Of a DNA stretch of 35,044 nucleotides, positions 18,784 to 27,768 are shown piece after piece; position 1 is the first letter of the stretch, and each line of letters begins with the position of its first letter. The stretch is from an archaeon. GTDB lineage: Archaea > Iainarchaeota > Iainarchaeia > Iainarchaeales > Iainarchaeaceae. A program made the position numbers and the translations under genes. The stretch covers positions 1-35,044 of the forward strand of contig DATDXA010000063.1 of the NCBI GenBank assembly GCA_035289485.1, in the 5' to 3' direction. Below the pieces are notes generated by a model that was not told where the DNA came from, did not search any database, and saw only the letters and a list, made by a program, of their open reading frames with translations.

Positions 18784-19233
18784 TCACTTCAGCTCGCGCA
18801 CGAAATGATAAGCGACGACATGGTCCTTGTACATGAGAGGAATCATGTCGGTTTCCGCATTGAAATATGACCCGTCCTTTCTCTTTCCCCTGAATTTGAA
18901 TGTGACGGGGCGGTCGAGGGTTGCAATGTAACGGTCATAATTGAGCGCAAAGAGTTCAATGTCATCCGGGTGCACAAAATCCTCAAGGTCGCCGCTTGAA
19001 GCCTTCCACTCAGAAGCGGTGTAGCCAAACATTTTGGCAAGCAATTCATTGCAGAACTTGGACTCTTCGTCCATCATGAGGTATACGCCGCACGTGCTGT
19101 TCTCCAAAATGGGCTGAAGCTCGTGCTCAAGCTCGTCCATCAAAGCCTTGTGAGCCGCACCTTCGTGCATATGCCCATGATTGTGCCCTGCGGTTTCCTC
19201 ATCCCCATCATCTCCGTGTTCGTGCACTACCAT
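18784..19233 (-). CDS. Stand-alone PAS-domain protein with His-rich N-terminus
   Basis: FCNELLAKMFGYTASE, FVHPDD, FRGKRKDGSYF; ATG 19233 preceded by GGAGGT. Confidence 0.88.
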   Translation of the reverse strand: MVVHEHGDDGDEETAGHNHGHMHEGAAHKALMDELEHELQPILENSTCGVYLMMDEESKFCNELLAKMFGYTASEWKASSGDLEDFVHPDDIELFALNYDRYIATLDRPVTFKFRGKRKDGSYFNAETDMIPLMYKDHVVAYHFVRELK

Positions 19234-19373
19234 AAATAAAAACCTCCAACGCCAATTACTGGCAAGTATGGACACAAGAAGTGAGTTTCTGGTTTTAATG
19301 TTATTGCGGCGTTAAGAATCGGCCCGCGCCCTGCGGCAAAGTATAAATACCAATAAATCCAAATGAATACACA

Positions 19374-20459
19374 ATGAAAACACTCTCAAAGCTGCTTGTT
19401 CGCGCGCGCGACATAAAGCCAACGCTCCCAAATTTCAGGGTGCGCGGGGCTCTCAACCCGGGCGCTGTGCGCCTTCCAAACGGAAAAATAGAGCTCTTCG
19501 CGCGCATTGCAGAAACACCAAAGCACGGGGAGAAATACTTTCTTGCTCCGCGCTTTGAGGGCACGAAAAAAACCCGAATTGTGATTGAAAAAATCCCGCG
19601 CCAGATGGGCAAAATCTCCCCTGATTATTTTCTCATGAATGAGCACATCTACAGGCTCCCCACAATTTCGCACATTCGAAAAATCCTGCTTGATAAAAGC
19701 GGCATGAATGTGCAGCGCATAAGCCAGAAGCCGGATTTTTTGGGAAGGACTGAGGATGGGGACTTTGGCGTTGAGGACCCGAGAATCACCGAGTTCGCTG
19801 GCGAAGGGAGATATGGGATGACCTATGTTTCGGTTTCCATGTCTAGCGGGGTTTCAACTTCACTTGCCATCTCAAAGGACCTCATTAACTGGCAGCGCAA
19901 GGGGATAATTTTTCGCCAGCAGAACAAGGACGTTGTAATTTATCCGGAAAAAATCGATGGATACTATGTTGCAATGCACCGTCCAGAAGGCACAATGATA
20001 TTTGATAAGCCAAGCATCTGGCTTTCATACTCAAAAGACCTCACTTTTTGGGGAAAAGACAAACCCATAATGCAGCCGCGGGAGAATTCATGGGACAGCC
20101 TGCGAATCGGTTCTGGCACGGTCCCGCTAAGGCTCGATGAGGGCTGGCTCGTGATTTACCACGGAGTGAAGCTGCAGGATCCCGATGACGATGAGTCGAA
20201 AAAGGTTTACAGCGCGGGCGCGGCGCTCTTTGACATCAAAAACCCCGCGCGCCTGCTAGCAATGAGCCCGAAAAACGAGCCGCTCTTAGAGCCCGAACAT
20301 GATTTTGAGCGCAATGGATTTGTAAACAACGTCGTGTTCCCAACTGCCGCAATCCCCGACAAGGACGGGCGCAATCTTCTCGTCTACTGCGGCGCTTCGG
20401 ATTCAAATATTGAAGTGCGCAGGCTCAAAATCAGTTCGATACTCAGCTCTCTTGTGTGA
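19374..20459 (+). CDS. Glycoside hydrolase family 130 (mannoside phosphorylase/hydrolase-like)
   Basis: LNPGA, GVEDPRIT, NKDVVIYPEKI, HRP, GWLVIYHGV, NNVVFPTA, YCGASD. Confidence 0.9.
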   Translation: MKTLSKLLVRARDIKPTLPNFRVRGALNPGAVRLPNGKIELFARIAETPKHGEKYFLAPRFEGTKKTRIVIEKIPRQMGKISPDYFLMNEHIYRLPTISHIRKILLDKSGMNVQRISQKPDFLGRTEDGDFGVEDPRITEFAGEGRYGMTYVSVSMSSGVSTSLAISKDLINWQRKGIIFRQQNKDVVIYPEKIDGYYVAMHRPEGTMIFDKPSIWLSYSKDLTFWGKDKPIMQPRENSWDSLRIGSGTVPLRLDEGWLVIYHGVKLQDPDDDESKKVYSAGAALFDIKNPARLLAMSPKNEPLLEPEHDFERNGFVNNVVFPTAAIPDKDGRNLLVYCGASDSNIEVRRLKISSILSSLV

Positions 20460-20613
20460 AATTTCTTGCGCAATCACAATTCCGCGCGCCGCTCACACGT
20501 TTTTTTCACGCGAACGCACAAAATTTTCCCAAATCAGGCGCTCGGACGCTAAACAAAAAGTAATTAAACAACAAATGTAGCAATTAATCATTAGGAGCAG
20601 TTCGCTGATTCAA

Positions 20614-22797
20614 ATGTCTGGAAAGAAAATACTTTTTCTATCAAGTTTCCCGCCGCGCGAGTGCGGCATTGCGACATTCACAAAGGACCTCACCGAATCG
20701 GTGCGCAAAAAATTTGGAAACAGCGTCGCCCCCAAGATCATAGCAATCAATGATTCGGGCTCGAGTGTTTACAAGTACGACAGAAAAGTTGAGCTAAGCA
20801 TTACAGAAGAGAGCCTTGAGAGCTATGAGGCCGCGGCGCGCAAAATAAACAAGATGAAGAGCGTCGAAATAGTGAACATCCAGCACGAATTTGGCCTCTT
20901 TGGCGGAGAATACGGCGAATACCTGCTCAGATTCCTCGAACTTCTGAACAAAAAAATAGTCACAACACTCCATACAGTGCTCGAAGAGCCTCCTGAAAAA
21001 ATGAAATGGGTTGTGCAGCAGATTTTCGAATTAAGCGACACCGTTGTCGTGATGACAGAGGCGGCAAAGAAAATTCTTGCCGAGAGGTATGCTATCGAGC
21101 CCGAAAAAATTTCAGTAATTCCGCACGGAGTTCCCAGTATCGAGTTTGCAGGGCTTAAGAGCGCGAGAAGAAAGTACGGGATAAAGGAAAAAAATGTCCT
21201 GCTCACTTTCGGCCTTCTGAGCAGGGGAAAGGCAATCGAGAACGTGATTGAGGCGATGCCTGCAATTGTCAAGAGGCACCCCGACACCGTGTACCTTCTT
21301 GTCGGTGAAACACACCCGCGCGTGAGAGAGCATGAGGGCGAGAGCTATAGGCAAGAACTTAAGGCGCTAGCTGAATTGCACAATGTAGGGAAGCACGTAA
21401 AATTCCTTGACAGGTTTCTAACGCAGCAGGAAATCATTGAATGCCTTCGCATGTCAACTATTTATCTCGCGCCCTCACTTGATCCGCGGCAGATTTGCAG
21501 CGGCACTGTTAGCTATGCAATGGGCGCGGGAAAGGCCATAATCTCGAGCAAGAACAAGTACAATGCAGAAGTGCTCTCCTCAAAGCGCGGGATTGTAATA
21601 GGCCAAAATGACCCCAAAAAATTCGCAAAGGCAGCAATCAGCCTACTATCAGATGCACAGAAAAAAGAGGAGCTTGAAAAGAACGCATTCGAGTTCAGCA
21701 GGAAAATGGCCTGGCCAAATGTCGCAACCCAATACTACAATGAATTCTCAGGGCTCGCGCAAATCACGAACGGCTCATTTAGCAGGCTTCCGCGGATTAG
21801 CTTCCGGCATTTTTCCGAAATGACGGATGATTTTGGGATGATACAGTTTGCAAAGTATGCCGAACCAGATATTTCAAGCGGCTACACCCTTGATGACAAT
21901 GCAAGGGCGCTTGTTGTGGCGGCAAACGGGTATGAGCGCTTTGGCACAAAAACAATGCTCTCATTTGCGGATACGTTCCTCGCATTTATAGAAAAGTGCC
22001 AGATGCAGAATGGCGAGTTCCACAACATATTGGATGGCAACCGTGAATTCATCGATGACACAGGCAGTGAGGACAGCTACGGAAGGGCTGTGCGCGCGCT
22101 TGGAAAAACCCTAAGAAGCGGCCTTCCTGAAGATTACCGCCTGAGGGCAAAAAAAATGCTTGAGAAAACGGTTTCGGGCGGGCTTGAACTTGATTCACCG
22201 CGCGCACAGGCAGATACGCTTATCGGGCTTTCAAATTCAGGAGAATACCTAGCTCAGGATGCGACATTTGAAATGAAGGGTCGGATTCTTGATTCGTTTA
22301 TTTCCAAATACAACGAAGTGAGCGATGGGGAATGGAACTGGTTTGAGAACTATCTCACATACGGGAACGCGAAAATACCCGAAGCACTATTTGAAGCGCA
22401 GGCGCAGGATAAAACAGGCATTGTTGAAAAAATCGCAAAAGAATCCATGGACTTTCTCACAAAAACCCTATTCATCAACGGAAAGCTCGTTCCGATAGGT
22501 CAGGAAAAATGGTTTGTCAAAAAAGAGGAACGCTCAATGTATGACCAGCAGCCGATAGAGGCCGCGGGGATGACGAGCGCATACCTCAAGGCCTTTGAAA
22601 AAACAAATGACACTGGGTATAAGCAGAAGGCTCGCGATTCCTTTGACTGGTTCCTTGGCAAGAACTCACAGAACCAGATGGTGTATGATGAGGCCACAGG
22701 CGGCTGCTTTGACGGGCTCACAAAAACAGGCGTGAACGCAAACGAGGGGGCTGAATCAACTGTTTCCTATTTGCTTGCAAGGCTTTCGATTTTGTGA
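20614..22797 (+). CDS. GT4 glycosyltransferase fused to a C-terminal (alpha/alpha)6 glycosidase-like domain
   Basis: N-half: PPRECGIATF, IQHEFGLFGG, TFGLLSRGK, SGTVSYAMG. C-half: GYTLDDNARAL, EDSYGR, DQQPIE, NEGAEST. Confidence 0.9.
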   Translation: MSGKKILFLSSFPPRECGIATFTKDLTESVRKKFGNSVAPKIIAINDSGSSVYKYDRKVELSITEESLESYEAAARKINKMKSVEIVNIQHEFGLFGGEYGEYLLRFLELLNKKIVTTLHTVLEEPPEKMKWVVQQIFELSDTVVVMTEAAKKILAERYAIEPEKISVIPHGVPSIEFAGLKSARRKYGIKEKNVLLTFGLLSRGKAIENVIEAMPAIVKRHPDTVYLLVGETHPRVREHEGESYRQELKALAELHNVGKHVKFLDRFLTQQEIIECLRMSTIYLAPSLDPRQICSGTVSYAMGAGKAIISSKNKYNAEVLSSKRGIVIGQNDPKKFAKAAISLLSDAQKKEELEKNAFEFSRKMAWPNVATQYYNEFSGLAQITNGSFSRLPRISFRHFSEMTDDFGMIQFAKYAEPDISSGYTLDDNARALVVAANGYERFGTKTMLSFADTFLAFIEKCQMQNGEFHNILDGNREFIDDTGSEDSYGRAVRALGKTLRSGLPEDYRLRAKKMLEKTVSGGLELDSPRAQADTLIGLSNSGEYLAQDATFEMKGRILDSFISKYNEVSDGEWNWFENYLTYGNAKIPEALFEAQAQDKTGIVEKIAKESMDFLTKTLFINGKLVPIGQEKWFVKKEERSMYDQQPIEAAGMTSAYLKAFEKTNDTGYKQKARDSFDWFLGKNSQNQMVYDEATGGCFDGLTKTGVNANEGAESTVSYLLARLSIL

Positions 22798-22806
22798 AGT
22801 GGAAAA

Positions 22807-23013
22807 ATGACTGTAAGAAAGCCGCTACAGCTGAATGGAAAAGTGCGCGGGCCGAAAATAGGTGTGCTGTCAAGTTCATCAAGCAAGGGAATTGCATATG
22901 CGAGAAGGCAGCTTCGCAGCAAGCAAAACGTACACGGGCTTCTTAAAGAACTTGACTTGCCAAGAAGAGGCATCAAACACACAATATTGAACCCAAATGC
23001 GCCTTTCAAATAA
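22807..23013 (+). CDS. Small basic orphan protein (68 aa)
   Basis: ATG 9 nt after the upstream stop; fills the gap between convergent genes. Confidence 0.5.
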   Translation: MTVRKPLQLNGKVRGPKIGVLSSSSSKGIAYARRQLRSKQNVHGLLKELDLPRRGIKHTILNPNAPFK

Positions 23014-23018
23014 TTCAA

Positions 23019-24668
23019 TTAGCTTTTTTTCAGTTTCCGCGCCGCAGCAGCATCAACTATTATCGCCGAATTAGGGTGCCTGCGCAAAACCGATGCGGGC
23101 GCTCTCTCTGAAACTTTTCCATTGAATGATTTTGCAATCGCCCGCGCCTTTTTCGCGTCCGTAGCCGCCAAAATGATTATTTTCGCGCCCATTATGGTTT
23201 TCATCCCCAATGTGAGCGCGCGGGAAGGCTTTGCGCCCCTGAACCTTGCCTTTCTCGCGCTTAGGGCGCCTCTTGGGATTTCAATTACGCGCGTGCGCGA
23301 AGAGAATGATGAACCAGGCTCGTTGAATGCGATGTGCGCGTTCTCCCCAAGCCCTAAAAGAACAACTGTGAGCCCTTTCCTTTTCACTATTGATTCGATT
23401 CTTCTGCACTCTACCGCCAAATTTTTCGCATGAACATTGAAAAGGAATACATTTTCCTTTTTGAAATTGACCTTATCGATGAAGTTCTTTTTGAGCGAAT
23501 GCGCGAAACTGTCGTGCGAATCCGAAAGGCCCAAATACTCATCAAGCTGCACAAAAGAGGCGCGCGAAAAATCAGCTTCGCCCCTGCGGAAAGCTGATAC
23601 AAGCGCGCGGTAAATTGGAATGGGGGTTTTTCCTGCGGCAAGGGAAATCACAGCATTCGGCATTGCGTTAATGAGAAATGAAATCCTTTGCACGGCCTCT
23701 TTTGCAACACCCGCACGGTTGCGTTTCACTGTGATTTCAGTGAGATTTTGCGAGCGCAAAAAATCCTTCAAATCGCCTTTGAGCGTAGGGCAATACTCAC
23801 GCGAAGACACTTTGCGCGCTGCCGCGAAGTTCCCGCAGCGAAGGCAATTTAGCGCGCTGAATGAATTTGCAAGGCCGTAAACAAACCCCGCGTTGAAGAA
23901 ATCCCCGGCGCCAGTGGCATTAAGGGCACGCACACTCAGGGCAGGAGAATGGATGGGTTTTGTGCCCATAAGCGGCAAATAATATTCAGAACCCCCGCTG
24001 CCGCGCTTTAGCACCACATGATTTGCGCCCATTGAAAATAGCCTTCGGATTCCCGAAGCGTTTGATTTTGCGCGGGTGATGGCGCGCAGCTCCACCTCAT
24101 TTAGCATGAAAATATCGACGTTTTTTAAAAAATCCCGGATTTTCCAATTCCCGTACTCATCATAGCAGCAATCAAATGCCACAATGGCCTTTTTGCGCTT
24201 TATTGCCTTAAGCAGGCGCAAAAACCCCTTGCGCATTTTGGGCAGATGGAAAAACCCGCCGAAAAAAACGATGTCACCTGCGGATACCTGCGGGAGAAGG
24301 CGCCTTGCAACAAGCGCTGAATTGAGTTCAAGCAGGCACCCCTTGCTTGAAAGTATGGCGCGCTCGCCGTCACTGCGCACGAAAATGTTTGAAACGCCGT
24401 TTGGAAGGCCGTATTTTTGCAGCAAAGGCCTTATGCGCAGCCGCTTGAGCCCGCGCATGATGAACGGGGTGAAAACATCAGAGCCGATTGCGCTCACAAG
24501 GCGCACATCAAGCCCAAGAGAGGCAGACGCAGCGGCGAAATTGGCAGCATTGCCGCCCAGAGTGCAGTGGAATCCTTCGGCGTGCGCTTCCGTGCCGAAC
24601 TGCGCGAAGCGAGAGATGTGCGTGAAGAGGTCAACATTCACATCCCCAACAGCAAAAATCTTCTTCAT
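23019..24668 (-). CDS. Fusion of a PfkB/ribokinase-family sugar kinase and glucosamine-6-phosphate deaminase (NagB-like)
   Basis: N-domain: GDVNVD, GGNAANFA, NEVE, NATGAGDFFNAGF. C-domain: LAAGKTP, LDEY, GLGENAHIAFNEPG, ALTLGMKTI, PASVLRRH. One continuous frame; ATG 24668. Confidence 0.9.
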   Translation of the reverse strand: MKKIFAVGDVNVDLFTHISRFAQFGTEAHAEGFHCTLGGNAANFAAASASLGLDVRLVSAIGSDVFTPFIMRGLKRLRIRPLLQKYGLPNGVSNIFVRSDGERAILSSKGCLLELNSALVARRLLPQVSAGDIVFFGGFFHLPKMRKGFLRLLKAIKRKKAIVAFDCCYDEYGNWKIRDFLKNVDIFMLNEVELRAITRAKSNASGIRRLFSMGANHVVLKRGSGGSEYYLPLMGTKPIHSPALSVRALNATGAGDFFNAGFVYGLANSFSALNCLRCGNFAAARKVSSREYCPTLKGDLKDFLRSQNLTEITVKRNRAGVAKEAVQRISFLINAMPNAVISLAAGKTPIPIYRALVSAFRRGEADFSRASFVQLDEYLGLSDSHDSFAHSLKKNFIDKVNFKKENVFLFNVHAKNLAVECRRIESIVKRKGLTVVLLGLGENAHIAFNEPGSSFSSRTRVIEIPRGALSARKARFRGAKPSRALTLGMKTIMGAKIIILAATDAKKARAIAKSFNGKVSERAPASVLRRHPNSAIIVDAAAARKLKKS

Positions 24669-24748
24669 CAGCACCACAAATGCGCTCAATGGCGCGCAAG
24701 TATTGCGCAAACATCATATTTATTCTTATCTAAGCATTGATATCATGC

Positions 24749-25330
24749 ATGAAAAAGGCGCTTGTGATAGTCGCGCACCCTGATGATGAGACGATATGGA
24801 TGGGCGGCAAGATTTTGCGCGAAAAGGGCTGGGAGTGGACAGTGCTCTCGCTTTGCCGCAAGGACGACATTGACCGCAAGCCCAAGTTCTTCTCCGTGAT
24901 GAAAGAATTAAATGTGCGCGGATTCATCTCCGACCTCGAAGACGACCATCCTGAGCAGAAGCTCGCTGATTTGGAAGAGGTTGTGCGGCGCATCGAGCCT
25001 GTTGCGCATGACAAGAAGTTTGATGCAGTGTTCACGCACGGCGCGAACGGAGAGTACGGCCACAATAGGCACATTGAAACGCACAATGCAGTGAATCGCA
25101 TGATTGAAGGCGGGCTTCTTGCGTGCAAGGAGCTTTTCGTGTTCGATTATGTGCGAAAGGAAAACCCCTTCAGGTGCGAGATAAACCCAAAAGCGCCGCT
25201 CAAGCTTGAGCTCACACGCGCCGAGCATGAAAGGAAAAAATATTTAATCGCCAAAGTTTATGGTTTTTCGGAAAATAGCTTTGAGTGCATCAGCTGCTGC
25301 GCAACTGAAGGATTCAGGAAAGTGTTTTGA
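24749..25330 (+). CDS. PIG-L/LmbE family N-acetylhexosamine deacetylase
   Basis: VAHPDDE metal motif and THG..GEYGHNRH. Confidence 0.88.
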   Translation: MKKALVIVAHPDDETIWMGGKILREKGWEWTVLSLCRKDDIDRKPKFFSVMKELNVRGFISDLEDDHPEQKLADLEEVVRRIEPVAHDKKFDAVFTHGANGEYGHNRHIETHNAVNRMIEGGLLACKELFVFDYVRKENPFRCEINPKAPLKLELTRAEHERKKYLIAKVYGFSENSFECISCCATEGFRKVF

Positions 25331-26584
25331 ATGATGCCCAACGGAAAAAACGGGAACGGCCACCAAAACGGAAAAAACGGACCTGAAAGAAATGGAAACG
25401 GAAAAAATGTCAATGGAAAAAACGGCAACGGCAGGAACAACAAATTCACCTCAATAATCCTATACCCCTATCCCCCTGAGCTTGATGGGATAAGCCTTCA
25501 GGGAGAGTACCTCTACCGCGGCCTGCGGGAAAATGGATACACGACAAAGCCCTGCAACCGCCGCCCGGGCTTTGAAAAGGACTTTTTGTTTAAGAGCTAC
25601 AAGCCCGATGTCGCAATAGGAATCGGATTTTGGGGCGACACGCCTGATTTGGTGATAAGCCCGCAGGAAAATGGCATTACGCCCGTGCCTTGGCTCAATG
25701 CCGATGGATGGGTTGCAAACTACCATGAAACCCTCGAAAAGCTCCCGTTGATTTTTGTCACAAGCAACTGGGTTAAGGAAACCTACCGCAGAGACGGCGT
25801 TTTCAACAAGAATATGTTTCCAATGCCAATTGGCATGGATACTGAACAAATGCGCCCTATTTCAAAATACGACCAGCGCGTAAAGAGCATGCGTGAGGCA
25901 CTTGGGGTAAAGCCTGATGAGAAAATGATACTCACAATCGGCGGAGATACCACGAGCAAGGGATTTCAGGAAGTATTAAGGGCCCTTGGCAAGATTGACG
26001 GCGAGTTTTCGAAATGGAAATATGTCGGCAAATCATGGGAGAACCGCCAGCCAACATACCACTACAAGGCCGAGGCTGAAATCATAAAGGAATTCGGCTT
26101 TCGCAAAAAGGTGAAGTACATAGACGGGCCCATGTCTCGCGAAACCATGCGCATACTCCTAAGCGCCGCGGATGTTTATGCCGCCCCCAGCAGGATAGAG
26201 GGCTTTGGCATGATACAGGTAGAGGCGATGTCATGCGGAACTCCCGTGCTTTCAGTTGATGCGATGGGAGTAAAGGACACCGTGGTGCACAGGGAAACTG
26301 GGTTCCTTGCAAAGGTCGGGGAGAGAGTTGATTTGGAGCAGGAGTGGGTGTACAAGGACATGGGCTTTGAGAAGAAGAAAATAATAAAATTCGACAAGCC
26401 CAAAACGTTTGGTGTGCGCGCGGATATCGATGACCTTGCGCTGCACCTCAAGAGGATGCTGCAGGATGATGCGCTCATGGAAAAGATGGGGAAGAATGCG
26501 CGCGCCCACGCCGTGAAGAATTTCGATTACCGCAAGACTTCGCTTGACATGGCGAGAATTATTGAGCAGAAGCTTGATTTGTGA
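25331..26584 (+). CDS. GT4 glycosyltransferase with N-terminal NGK/NG repeat tract
   Basis: SKGFQE and PSRIEGFGMIQVEAMSCGTPV (E-x7-E motif); starts immediately after the deacetylase stop. Confidence 0.9.
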   Translation: MMPNGKNGNGHQNGKNGPERNGNGKNVNGKNGNGRNNKFTSIILYPYPPELDGISLQGEYLYRGLRENGYTTKPCNRRPGFEKDFLFKSYKPDVAIGIGFWGDTPDLVISPQENGITPVPWLNADGWVANYHETLEKLPLIFVTSNWVKETYRRDGVFNKNMFPMPIGMDTEQMRPISKYDQRVKSMREALGVKPDEKMILTIGGDTTSKGFQEVLRALGKIDGEFSKWKYVGKSWENRQPTYHYKAEAEIIKEFGFRKKVKYIDGPMSRETMRILLSAADVYAAPSRIEGFGMIQVEAMSCGTPVLSVDAMGVKDTVVHRETGFLAKVGERVDLEQEWVYKDMGFEKKKIIKFDKPKTFGVRADIDDLALHLKRMLQDDALMEKMGKNARAHAVKNFDYRKTSLDMARIIEQKLDL

Positions 26585-26596
26585 AAATCTTTATGT

Positions 26597-27724
26597 TCAA
26601 TCGATTTTGAGAAGATTCTTTTTTTGCTTCACGCTCTCGTAAGCCGCAAGGAAAGCGCCCGCGCTCCATGCCTGGTGCCTGCTCCCGCTTGCCTTTTCAG
26701 TCACGGGGTGAATCCATTCGTTGAAATCCCATTCCCAATCAACGTGCGAACCAAGCTTGTTTGCGCGCGCAAGAGACTCGAGCGCCTTTTTTGCATCTCC
26801 CATCCACCCGATTTCAACAAGCGCGCAGACATAAAAGCCGCCGATGAAAGGCCAGATGCCGCCATTGAGATAGGAATCCTCTTCGCCTGCAAGCGACGCC
26901 TCATAATAATCCTTCCACTCAGGAGTGCCTTTTTTTATTGCGGGGTATATTGCGCGCATCGGGTAGGGATTTGCAATCCCTCGGCGCTGCACAAAACCAA
27001 GAATCGATGCCGCCTGCTTTTCTGACGCGAGCCCGAAAACTATTGCGAGCATATTTCCAAGTGAATCAAACCATGTTTCTTTCTCGCTAAATTCGCCGTG
27101 GTCTTTCCAGTGCCATGGCAGGTAATAGCCCAAGGATTCATCCCAGAGATAATTGTCAATCGCCTTTTTCACTTTCACAAGCGGCTTTTTGTTTCCGGTT
27201 GCCTTGAGCGCGGCATAATACAGGGCCTGTGTGTTGAGGGTGTGCCCGTACTTGTGCGGGAAGCAATCCATCCAGTCGCTTGTGGGGAGCTGCTCTGGAA
27301 GCAAATCATCGCCAGCGTCCTGATACTGGACCCATTTGAGCGCCGCGGCAATGTTTTTTTTGTGCTTTTTCCACAGCGCCGAGCCGAACTTTTTTTTGTA
27401 GAAATGCTCTCCGAGAATGAACCAGAGGCTCGAATCGATTGTTGCGTATGTTGCGGGCTTGTCAATTGAGCCTATGAAATCCACGGCATTTGGTATTTGC
27501 CCGAGCGCGGTCTGTTTTTTTGCAAGAGTACTGAGGCTGCGCGCGAAAACTCCCTTGAACGCGGGCGTGTGCATCACAGCCCCAATCATTGAAACATTCG
27601 AATCGCGTGACCACACCTGTGTGTATCCCTTCAGGCCACCGGAGGCATACATGCCGTATTTTGTCTGGCAGGCGCGCAGGGCTTCTATTGCCTTTCCAGA
27701 ACCCACTTCAATAAGTTCACTCAT
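26597..27724 (-). CDS. (alpha/alpha)6 glycoside hydrolase, GH100 (neutral invertase)/amylo-alpha-1,6-glucosidase-like
   Basis: YTQVWSRDS, IDSSLWF, YLNGGIWPF, FNEW, QAWSAGAFL. Confidence 0.8.
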   Translation of the reverse strand: MSELIEVGSGKAIEALRACQTKYGMYASGGLKGYTQVWSRDSNVSMIGAVMHTPAFKGVFARSLSTLAKKQTALGQIPNAVDFIGSIDKPATYATIDSSLWFILGEHFYKKKFGSALWKKHKKNIAAALKWVQYQDAGDDLLPEQLPTSDWMDCFPHKYGHTLNTQALYYAALKATGNKKPLVKVKKAIDNYLWDESLGYYLPWHWKDHGEFSEKETWFDSLGNMLAIVFGLASEKQAASILGFVQRRGIANPYPMRAIYPAIKKGTPEWKDYYEASLAGEEDSYLNGGIWPFIGGFYVCALVEIGWMGDAKKALESLARANKLGSHVDWEWDFNEWIHPVTEKASGSRHQAWSAGAFLAAYESVKQKKNLLKID

Positions 27725-27768
27725 GACAGGCAACTAAATGGATTTTGAGGAATAAATAGGTTTGCGTA

